A DNA stretch of 32,000 nt from Erysipelotrichaceae bacterium OH741_COT-311. Its GTDB lineage: Bacteria > Bacillota_I > Bacilli_A > Erysipelotrichales > Erysipelotrichaceae. The notes beneath the pieces are model-generated. The model saw only the letters and a program-made list of their open reading frames with translations. It made no database searches and was not told the origin of the DNA. Each line of letters opens with the position of its first letter. Within the stretch, counting starts at the first letter, position 1. Location of the stretch: contig RQZE01000006.1 in the NCBI GenBank assembly GCA_003858585.1, positions 30,001-62,000 of the forward strand, in the 5' to 3' direction. A program made the translations under genes and the position numbers. Below are positions 1 to 6,996 of this stretch, in pieces.

Positions 1-1
1 T

Positions 2-418
2 AAAGGAATTCTTTTAGGCTTTGAAACGATGGAAACACCTTTTATGGATACGGTAGGTAAGTCAATGGAATATGTTAAGTTAGTCGATAGTCCATACTTA
101 CATGTATATCCGGATTTTGGTAACTGTACCAATGCGGCATTGAAGTATGGGCATAACGTCTTAGATGATTATCGACTAGGAAAAGGGCATATCATTGCCG
201 GACATTTAAAAGAAATGTTACCCGGGAAATATCGTGAAGTTCCTTTTGGAACGGGACAAACGGATTTCAAGGGTGGTATTGAAGTCTTGAAAGAATTAGG
301 TGTTCGTCGTTTTGTTGGTGAGTTTTGGTATGTTGGTCAAGAAGACTGGCAGAAGGATTGTTACTTCGCAAATACTTTTTTAAGAAGTTATTTGGATGAA
401 GTGTTTAAAGAAGATTAA
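2..418 (+). CDS. ulaE: L-ribulose-5-phosphate 3-epimerase (UlaE/SgbU-type sugar-phosphate epimerase), C-terminal part; the 5' end lies outside the window
   Basis: Frame 2 is open from the window edge (KGILLGFETMETPFMD...). The stretch YPDFGNCTNAA...GHIIAGHLKE...VPFGTGQTDF...GEFWY resembles the UlaE/SgbU C-terminus. Confidence 0.75.
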   Translation, partial: KGILLGFETMETPFMDTVGKSMEYVKLVDSPYLHVYPDFGNCTNAALKYGHNVLDDYRLGKGHIIAGHLKEMLPGKYREVPFGTGQTDFKGGIEVLKELGVRRFVGEFWYVGQEDWQKDCYFANTFLRSYLDEVFKED

Positions 419-463
419 AAAATAAGACCTTAAATTAAAAATAACATATAACAAAACACACAT

Positions 464-509
464 GAAAAAGGATATTATTCTAAATTATTATATTTAATAT
501 CCTTTTTTC
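464..509. terminator. Hairpin between convergent genes, possibly a bidirectional terminator
   Basis: AAAAAGGATATTA (465-477) pairs with TAATATCCTTTTT (495-507), giving a 13-bp stem and a 17-nt loop. The U/A tracts are partly inside the stem, so it is not a textbook terminator. Confidence 0.4.
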
Positions 510-543
510 ATATGAAGTTATATTATTTAAATCATTTTGAATT

Positions 544-1452
544 TTAAGGGTGAAGACTTAATATCCTTTTTTTATCATTATCATTCAATATTTTATGATA
601 AATTTTAGTTTCATCTAAATCTAAATGTTTTATTGTGATTTTTTTGAATTTTTTAATTGCACATTGACATTTCTCACAAGGAAATTTAGAGACGTAAATT
701 ATACCATTAAAGTTACTGTGGTTGTAAATAAAATTCTGTAAAATTTTTCTTTCACAACAATTGTAATGATTTATTTCGTATTTTATTGGAAGTTTATTAA
801 AAAAGTTAGTGTCATTTAATTTTAGGTGTTTATAATAATAAAAAAAGCAGTAAGGATAATGATCAAAAAAAAATCTAAAATCATCAATAAAATATCGACA
901 AATTCTTCTCTTAAAATCTTCATGCATATACATGTTATCAAAACATTCATGCATATACATGTTATCAAAACATTCATGCATATACATGTTATCAAAACAT
1001 TCATGCATATACATGTTATAAAAACATTCATGCATATACATGTTATAAAAACATTCATGCATATACATGTTATAAAAATATTCTGAATCATTTTTTAAAA
1101 ATTTTAGTTCAATATCACATGACGAGATATTTTCTAATGAATGAAATCTAATGGAATTATCATTTAGTGGGCAGTATAGTATATGTGCGTTCTTATATAT
1201 TTCGTTAATTATTTTTTTACCTTTTAATATCAAGTCAATAATATAGCGCTTTTCCTCTCTTTGATAAACATTGCCTTGATAATCTTCTGTCCCACTTATA
1301 GAAAAGTAGATTATACTCCTATTATCAGGGTCTTTAAAATCCTTTTTTAGAAGTGCAACACATTTATGTTTAATGATATTTTTAACTTCTATGTCATAAA
1401 GAGATTTTGTACTAAATAGTTCTTTAAGAAAATCTTCAAAAAAATCATTCAT
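544..1452 (-). CDS. Hypothetical protein with a C-terminal CDA-superfamily zinc-deaminase signature and an internal nonapeptide tandem repeat
   Basis: The sequence HYNCCERKILQNF...GIIYVSKFPCEKCQCAI contains C-x-E, then 23 residues, then P-C-x-x-C, which is the cytidine/dCMP/nucleic-acid deaminase motif. It has six CF[YD]NMYMHE repeats. Its ATG overlaps the upstream ORF stop by 8 nt (ATGAATGA). Confidence 0.6.
   Translation of the reverse strand: MNDFFEDFLKELFSTKSLYDIEVKNIIKHKCVALLKKDFKDPDNRSIIYFSISGTEDYQGNVYQREEKRYIIDLILKGKKIINEIYKNAHILYCPLNDNSIRFHSLENISSCDIELKFLKNDSEYFYNMYMHECFYNMYMHECFYNMYMHECFDNMYMHECFDNMYMHECFDNMYMHEDFKRRICRYFIDDFRFFFDHYPYCFFYYYKHLKLNDTNFFNKLPIKYEINHYNCCERKILQNFIYNHSNFNGIIYVSKFPCEKCQCAIKKFKKITIKHLDLDETKIYHKILNDNDKKRILSLHP
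921..1082. repeat. Tandem repeat of 27 bp x 6, in frame within the 544..1452 CDS
   Basis: The unit CATGCATATACATGTTAT(C/A)AAAACATT is read six times head to tail. The three copies at lower plus-strand coordinates have ATCAAAA (Asp) and the three at higher coordinates have ATAAAAA (Tyr). In the minus-strand protein the order is therefore CFYNMYMHE x3 followed by CFDNMYMHE x3. Confidence 0.95.
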
Positions 1453-2083
1453 TTATATCTTCTCCATTTCTATACTTAATTTGTAATTTAACATATATAT
1501 TATTATCTTCTTCTAAACTGAATTCAAACTCATTAAAATATTTAGATAAATTATAAGCATGGTGAACATATTCAGGATATTTAGAGTTATTAATATCATC
1601 AATTAATTTTGAATCTTTTTGTAAGATTTCGTTATAAATCTTCTTTGTAAAGTCAATATTACGATTTTCATTATTATCATCAGAATCTTCATTATGATTT
1701 ATTGTGTTATGACGACAGATTTCTGATAAAAGAATGAAAAATTTTCGAGAGTTATTTTCGTTATTATTTTCTTTTATATAATCATCATAAATTTTTCTCG
1801 CAAAATTACTGTATTGAATTGAGTTTATAGACAGATATAGTGTATCAATGAAAAAGTAAAAATCAGAAATAGACATTTTTATTGTATTATTATAGAAAGA
1901 ATCTTCATTTTGAGCAAGTTCTATCTCATAATTTACATTTGATTTTTCGTTTTGAGCAATTTTTGATAACAAATAAATATCAATAAGATGTGGTAAGTTA
2001 GAGATCGAATTTTTATTTATTGTACTTTCGTACGAAAAAAATTCATTATCATTTGTTTTTAAATGAAAGTTCAAGACAGCCAT
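1445..2083 (-). CDS. Hypothetical protein (212 aa, Asn/Asp/Glu-rich, no recognisable motif), first gene of a two-gene operon with the deaminase-like gene
   Basis: It is a long ORF in a very AT-rich islet and is translationally coupled to the downstream ORF. I found no TM segment, signal peptide or catalytic motif. Confidence 0.55.
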   Translation of the reverse strand: MAVLNFHLKTNDNEFFSYESTINKNSISNLPHLIDIYLLSKIAQNEKSNVNYEIELAQNEDSFYNNTIKMSISDFYFFIDTLYLSINSIQYSNFARKIYDDYIKENNNENNSRKFFILLSEICRHNTINHNEDSDDNNENRNIDFTKKIYNEILQKDSKLIDDINNSKYPEYVHHAYNLSKYFNEFEFSLEEDNNIYVKLQIKYRNGEDINE

Positions 2084-2233
2084 AACTTCTCCTTTAGTGA
2101 AATAATTGATTATATAATAAACCCATTTTTAATTTATGTCTACAGAAACAAGAATGAAAACTAAATTTAAATATCCAATAAATAGTGTATGATATAGTAA
2201 TGAAAAGAATATAAAAGGTAAAAGGGTAAAGAT

Positions 2234-3265
2234 ATGATTAAAACAGTAGGAATTGTAAGTTTATCAAGTGGAATGCTTGGAGAAGACTTTGTAAAACATG
2301 AATATGATTTAGGGATGAAACGATTAGAAGAATTTGGAGTAAACGTCAAGATTATGAAACATGCCTTGCGTGGCATTGCATACCTAGATCAACATCCGGA
2401 AAAAAGAGCGGAAGATCTTATTGAAGCATTTAAGGATGAAGAAGTGGATATAATTTTATGTGCGATTGGGGGAAATGATACCTATCGTTTACTTCCTTAT
2501 GTATTTGAGGAAGATGCATTAAAGAACGTAGTATCGCAAAAGGTATTCTTAGGTTTTTCAGATACAACCATTAATCATTTCATGTTACATAAATTAGGGA
2601 TTTATACCTTTTACGGACAATCGTTTATCGCTGATGTTTGTGAGTTGGATCAAGACATGCTTCCATATAGTAAACAATATTTCAAAGAGTTATTGGAAAC
2701 AGGCAAGATTCAAGCAGTTTATCCAAGTGATGTGTGGTATGAAGAGCGTAGTGATTTTAGTGAAAAAGCATTGAATACAAAGCGTGTTTGTCATAACAAT
2801 CAGCCATTTGAACTGTTACAAGGAGCAAGCACATTTGAAGGAAAAATCTTGGGTGGATGTTTAGAATCAATTTATGATTTATTGGTAACAAATCGACATG
2901 TAGATAGTGTGAGTTTACAAAAGAAATATGGTTTATTTCCAAGTAAGCAAGAATGGCAAGGTAAGATTTTATTGCTAGAAACCAGTGAAGAGAAGCCATC
3001 CGTAGAACACTTTAAAACCATGTTAGAGGCATTAAAACAGACCGGTATTTTTGATGTGATTTCAGGAGTTTTAGTTGGTAAACCAATGGATGAACTTCAT
3101 TATGAAGAGTACAAAGAAGTGTTAAAGGAAGTCATTCATAATCCAAAGTTACCTATTTTATACAATATCAATATTGGACATGCGACACCGAGATGTATTA
3201 TTCCTTTTGGTGTACATGCTAAAGTAGATGCTTTAAAACAAGTGATTACATTTCATTATGAGTAA
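2234..3265 (+). CDS. S66-family LD-carboxypeptidase (LdcA/MccF-like serine peptidase)
   Basis: The GFSDTT nucleophile motif, the C-terminal INIGHATP histidine motif, the length (343 aa) and the N-terminal IGIVSLSSG pattern are typical of peptidase S66. Confidence 0.8.
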   Translation: MIKTVGIVSLSSGMLGEDFVKHEYDLGMKRLEEFGVNVKIMKHALRGIAYLDQHPEKRAEDLIEAFKDEEVDIILCAIGGNDTYRLLPYVFEEDALKNVVSQKVFLGFSDTTINHFMLHKLGIYTFYGQSFIADVCELDQDMLPYSKQYFKELLETGKIQAVYPSDVWYEERSDFSEKALNTKRVCHNNQPFELLQGASTFEGKILGGCLESIYDLLVTNRHVDSVSLQKKYGLFPSKQEWQGKILLLETSEEKPSVEHFKTMLEALKQTGIFDVISGVLVGKPMDELHYEEYKEVLKEVIHNPKLPILYNINIGHATPRCIIPFGVHAKVDALKQVITFHYE

Positions 3266-3283
3266 TAATTAATAAAAATTAGG

Positions 3284-3311
3284 TTAATAAATCATAAATA
3301 TATGTTATAAT
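3284..3311 (+). promoter_or_regulatory. Putative sigma-A promoter for the KAP NTPase gene
   Basis: There is an extended -10 TGtTATAAT (3303-3311) with a -35-like TTAATA (3284-3289) at 16-nt spacing. The RBS GGGGGAAG lies 4 nt before the ATG at 3353. Confidence 0.5.
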
Positions 3312-3352
3312 ACATTATGTGAAAATTAAAACATTAATAATGGGGGAAGAAA

Positions 3353-5032
3353 ATGAAAGCTAATAAACAAATAAATTGGTTAAATGATGTCGAATATATT
3401 TTTAAAAATGATGAAAACAATAATCAAGCTGAAAGTGGAAATACAAAAGAAGATAATGATAAACTTTATGATAAAAGCAACATAAGTGCTTTAGTAAAAG
3501 TAATAACTGAATGCAAGGCTCCATTTAATATTTGTATTCAAGGAGAATGGGGATCTGGAAAAACAAGTTTAATGAAAGAATTGTGTAAAAAAATTGATCT
3601 TGAGAAAAAAATTGATCCTGAGAAAAAAATAAGCATTTACTATGATATCATGGATGATATTCGATTAGATAATTCAGAAAGAATTTTTTATAATTTCGTT
3701 GTCTATATGTTTAAAATACTACAAATCGAAAATGAAAAAATTACCAATTTCTTAACACAGATAGAAAAATCATTAGATATTGTTGATGATAAAAAGTATG
3801 GTTTATTAAAAATGATAGCTTTTTGGATTTTAGGAAGAGCAAAAAATCACTATAAACTTAAAGGAACTGATGGACAACTGAAAAATACTTTTGAGGAAAT
3901 TATAAGTGAATACTTAAAAAATGAAGAAGAAAAATACATTGTTTTATTCATCGATAATTTAGATCGATTAGATCCGGTTTTAGCATTGGAGTTTATAGAA
4001 AATTTGAAAGTCTTTCTAGATTGTAAATATTTAAAAATAGTTATGGCAATTGATTTTGACATAGTTGCCAAAGGAGTAAAAATCAAATACAGAGATGATA
4101 TTTCTCACACTAAAAGCATCCAGTTTTTTGAAAAGTATTTTCAGTTAAGTTTTAAAATGCCTCAGAATAAATATGAAATCGCTCAACTTATCGAAAACTT
4201 TAATAAAGACAATGGGGGATTGATAGAAATACCTCAAGATTTTACAGATTCGTTTGGTAATTTTTTAAAATCAATTTCATTTAATAATCCGAGAAGTATC
4301 AAAAAAATTTTTAATCAATTATTATTTTTAAATGAAGTGGACAAAACTGAGAATATAAAAAATTTTTATCGACTAATAGCTCTAATTATTGAATCGAAAA
4401 GTATTGAACTATATAGCGAAATTATCAATGGTAAAGTAAAATTAACAGAAACTGATGAGATTGATTCGAAATATCAAGAAGATTATGATAGTTTATTAGA
4501 ATTATTTTCGAATACAAAGCCTAAAATTATCGAAGAATTTTTAGATGAATTTACAAAAACAAAAAGTGCTTCAAAAGAAATTAAAATCTCATCGAAACAA
4601 AATCACACTATAAATATCGAAGTTCAAGAAGTAATCAGAAAGATGTTTAATGACATATGTGATAAAGACCATTTTGATCTTGAAAATAAGGAACAATTTG
4701 GTAAAGAATCAAAAGCGGAACGTACAGGTGATATTAAACATATAGAATTGGTAGATGATTATAGTGAAATAACCGTAACAAATGGTAAAGGGCAAGGGCT
4801 CTATTTTACAAGAAAAGATGGGCAATTTAAAGTATATCTTTCTGGAGATTATAACGGAAAAATGATGAATGATGGAATGCAGACGCTAAATGGTAATTTA
4901 AAAGATAATATCTGGGATGAAGAAAAATATTATGCAACAGAGCTGCTAATGGACGAAAATAAATATCAAGAATTTTTAGGTAAAGTTATATCCAAATTAA
5001 AAACTGCAACAAAACCTGAAAAAAAAGATTAA
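3353..5032 (+). CDS. KAP-family P-loop NTPase
   Basis: The Walker A motif GEWGSGKTS and the Walker B region IVLFIDNLDRLDP form the characteristic KAP pattern (GxWGSGKT ... FIDDLDR). The C-terminal ~130 aa are unassigned. Confidence 0.75.
   Translation: MKANKQINWLNDVEYIFKNDENNNQAESGNTKEDNDKLYDKSNISALVKVITECKAPFNICIQGEWGSGKTSLMKELCKKIDLEKKIDPEKKISIYYDIMDDIRLDNSERIFYNFVVYMFKILQIENEKITNFLTQIEKSLDIVDDKKYGLLKMIAFWILGRAKNHYKLKGTDGQLKNTFEEIISEYLKNEEEKYIVLFIDNLDRLDPVLALEFIENLKVFLDCKYLKIVMAIDFDIVAKGVKIKYRDDISHTKSIQFFEKYFQLSFKMPQNKYEIAQLIENFNKDNGGLIEIPQDFTDSFGNFLKSISFNNPRSIKKIFNQLLFLNEVDKTENIKNFYRLIALIIESKSIELYSEIINGKVKLTETDEIDSKYQEDYDSLLELFSNTKPKIIEEFLDEFTKTKSASKEIKISSKQNHTINIEVQEVIRKMFNDICDKDHFDLENKEQFGKESKAERTGDIKHIELVDDYSEITVTNGKGQGLYFTRKDGQFKVYLSGDYNGKMMNDGMQTLNGNLKDNIWDEEKYYATELLMDENKYQEFLGKVISKLKTATKPEKKD
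3587..3630 (+). repeat. 18-bp tandem duplication (2.4 copies) inside the KAP gene
   Basis: AAAAAAATTGATCTTGAG, then AAAAAAATTGATCCTGAG, then AAAAAAAT, encoding KKIDLE-KKIDPE-KKI just after the Walker A helix. Confidence 0.9.
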
Positions 5033-5082
5033 TAAAAAATAAATTTTATTTCATACAATTTGTTTAGATTGTTATATATAAA

Positions 5083-5112
5083 AAAGACCTATTGAATAGG
5101 TCTTTCATTTTT
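5083..5112. terminator. Bidirectional rho-independent terminator shared by the KAP gene and the convergent aldolase gene
   Basis: AAAGACCTAT-TGA-ATAGGTCTTT forms a 10-bp stem (5083-5105). It has T-rich tails on both strands and overlaps the stop codon of the minus-strand gene. Confidence 0.65.
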
Positions 5113-5733
5113 ATAATATTCATCCAGTTTAGCTTCAAAGTAGTCTAAGTCTTGTTTTAACTTCTCTACATCTTGATGTAAGATATGCTCTTTTTTAAAG
5201 ATACCACCTGCTGTACCGATGTATTGATAACCACCTTTTAAATAGTTTATTACATTATCTGCCGTAACTCCTCCTACTGCCATAAGCTTTAAATCCTCTA
5301 CAGGTTCTTTAAGTTTCTTGGCGTAGTTACAAGAATATTCATTGGCTGGAAATACCTTGATGATAGAAGCTTTTAGAACATGTTGCTTGTAGATTTCTGT
5401 GGGGGTTAAGGCACCCGGTACAACTGTTACGTTATGCTTTAGTGCATAATCAATCATTTCCGGACTATAGCCACTTGGAGAAAGAACGAATTTTACCTTT
5501 GCATCAATCACTTCTTTTAATTGTTCAAAGGTAATAACGGTACCTGCTCCAACACATAACGTTGGATAACGTTGTATAATCTCTTTGATAATGGAAATAG
5601 CCCCTTCACTATTTAGGGTTATTTCTACATTTTTTATATAGCGACTATCGTTTAAGACATCCATTAACGTAAGTACTTGTTCTAAGTGATAGCCCCTTAA
5701 AATCAAGACGATATTACTTTTTAGATTAATCAT
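5089..5733 (-). CDS. eda: KDPG / 4-hydroxy-2-oxoglutarate aldolase family protein (Eda-like)
   Basis: The motifs GAGTV...FVLSP...VPG..TPTE...KVFPA...GGV follow the class I KDPG aldolase pattern. I prefer the start at MINLK (5733, an 8-nt overlap with the upstream stop) over the ORF-track start at 5757. Confidence 0.7.
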   Translation of the reverse strand: MINLKSNIVLILRGYHLEQVLTLMDVLNDSRYIKNVEITLNSEGAISIIKEIIQRYPTLCVGAGTVITFEQLKEVIDAKVKFVLSPSGYSPEMIDYALKHNVTVVPGALTPTEIYKQHVLKASIIKVFPANEYSCNYAKKLKEPVEDLKLMAVGGVTADNVINYLKGGYQYIGTAGGIFKKEHILHQDVEKLKQDLDYFEAKLDEYYKNERPIQ

Positions 5734-6424
5734 GGCGTCTAGAATTACTTGCAACAATCACAATGAGACGTAACATTTGAGCAATCGCTGTTGCCAGAGC
5801 AGCTACATAAGTGAGTGCAGCAGCATCCAAAACTTTTTTCGCTCCGCTTAATTCTTGTGAGTTTAAGTAGTTTCCTTCTTTTAATGAAACCAATGCGCGC
5901 TTAGAAGCATCAAATTCTGTTGGTAATGTAAATAATTGAAACAATACGGCAAAGCCAAATAAGGCAATACCAAAATAGGCAATGGTTGGTGTTGTATCTT
6001 GTTGGAAAAATAAACCAACTAAGATAAGCGGCCAAGATAACATGGAACCAATGTTGGTCATCGGGATAATCGCATTACGTAAGCGTAGCGGTTTATACCC
6101 ATTAGCATCTTGTATGGCATGCCCTACCTCATGGCAGGCAACTCCAATAGCGGCTGTTGATGAAGAGTTATATACGCTATCAGATAGACGTATGATTTTA
6201 CTTCTTGGATCATAGTGGTCAGTTAAATTACCATTGATGCGATCAATACGCACGTGTTGCAACCCATTTTGGTCTAACATTCTACGTGCAGCATCTTGTG
6301 CTTTTAGCCCATTGCTTGCATATTGTTTGCTATAGGTTTGATAGGTGCTTTTTACTTTGTTACTTGCCCAAAGGGCAAAGAGGGCACAAGGGACAATGAA
6401 TACAAGGTATGTCCAATCAAACAT
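5726..6424 (-). CDS. Membrane zinc metallopeptidase (YugP-like, HExxH)
   Basis: It has an N-terminal TM helix, the HEVGHAIQ zinc motif and C-terminal hydrophobic helices. Confidence 0.75.
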   Translation of the reverse strand: MFDWTYLVFIVPCALFALWASNKVKSTYQTYSKQYASNGLKAQDAARRMLDQNGLQHVRIDRINGNLTDHYDPRSKIIRLSDSVYNSSSTAAIGVACHEVGHAIQDANGYKPLRLRNAIIPMTNIGSMLSWPLILVGLFFQQDTTPTIAYFGIALFGFAVLFQLFTLPTEFDASKRALVSLKEGNYLNSQELSGAKKVLDAAALTYVAALATAIAQMLRLIVIVASNSRRHD

Positions 6425-6439
6425 ATCATCACTCCTTTA

Positions 6440-6805
6440 TTATTTTACAATGTCATATTGCCAAGAAGTAATACCTCCAAAATCATAGACGTTCGTATAG
6501 CCTAAGTCTACTAGTATATTTGCAGCTTGTCTTGAACGATTACCACTACGACAATATACTAATATCTTATCATTTTTATCAAGTTTATTTAAGGCTAACG
6601 TTGATAATTGATCTAAAGGTAAGTTAATCGCATCTTTAATATATCCTTCTTTAAATTCTTCCGGAGTACGTACATCCACGATGATAACATCTTCCTTCTG
6701 TATAATTTCGTATGCTTCTTTTTGACTAATGTGTTTATATCCTTTACTATTGCTGAAGCAACCAGCTAAGAATAATGATAACGATAATGCTAATAATTTT
6801 TTCAT
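6440..6805 (-). CDS. Rhodanese-domain lipoprotein (sulfurtransferase-like)
   Basis: It has the lipobox LFLAGC in its signal peptide and the active-site loop CRSGNRS. Confidence 0.8.
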   Translation of the reverse strand: MKKLLALSLSLFLAGCFSNSKGYKHISQKEAYEIIQKEDVIIVDVRTPEEFKEGYIKDAINLPLDQLSTLALNKLDKNDKILVYCRSGNRSRQAANILVDLGYTNVYDFGGITSWQYDIVK

Positions 6806-6894
6806 TTTTTCACCTCACAATCATTGTAGCGAATTCCAATAATTAAGCAAACGAAATGCCCATATTATAAGAGTTTTTTATCTTGGGTATACAA

Positions 6895-6903
6895 TGATAT
6901 AAT
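6895..6903 (+). promoter_or_regulatory. Possible extended -10 promoter of the osmoprotectant ABC operon
   Basis: TGaTATAAT lies about 95 nt upstream of the ATG at 6997. There is no convincing -35. Confidence 0.35.
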
Positions 6904-6996
6904 GTACATAAAGTAGTGATGTTATAAGAAATGTAAAGTCCTTGCACATCTTTTCATATCTAGTGTACAGTAAAAGAAGTTTTTTAGGAGGTAACC

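Noticed and set aside
921-1082. A possible CRISPR array, suggested by regularly spaced identical 27-bp units
   Set aside because: The units are directly adjacent with no spacers, lie in frame within a CDS, and no cas genes are present. This is a coding tandem repeat, not a CRISPR array.
822-1091. ORF-track entries 822..1091 (-) and 826..1086 (+), which overlap the deaminase-like gene
   Set aside because: Both are by-products of the 27-bp tandem repeat, which lacks stop codons in several frames. Their translations are just the repeat read in other frames, and they are fully nested in the longer 544..1452 ORF.
544-1452. The deaminase-like protein as a secreted polymorphic toxin (with 1445..2083 as immunity)
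   Set aside because: There is no signal peptide and no LXG, WXG, Rhs, PT-TG or other delivery domain. The putative partner is encoded upstream rather than downstream, as is usual for immunity genes. An intracellular TA- or defence-type role seems more consistent, though this is unproven.
6806-6996. A possible riboswitch or leader in the ~190-nt region upstream of the Opu-like operon
   Set aside because: I could not recognise any known riboswitch core or convincing terminator/antiterminator pair by eye. Only a putative extended -10 is reported.
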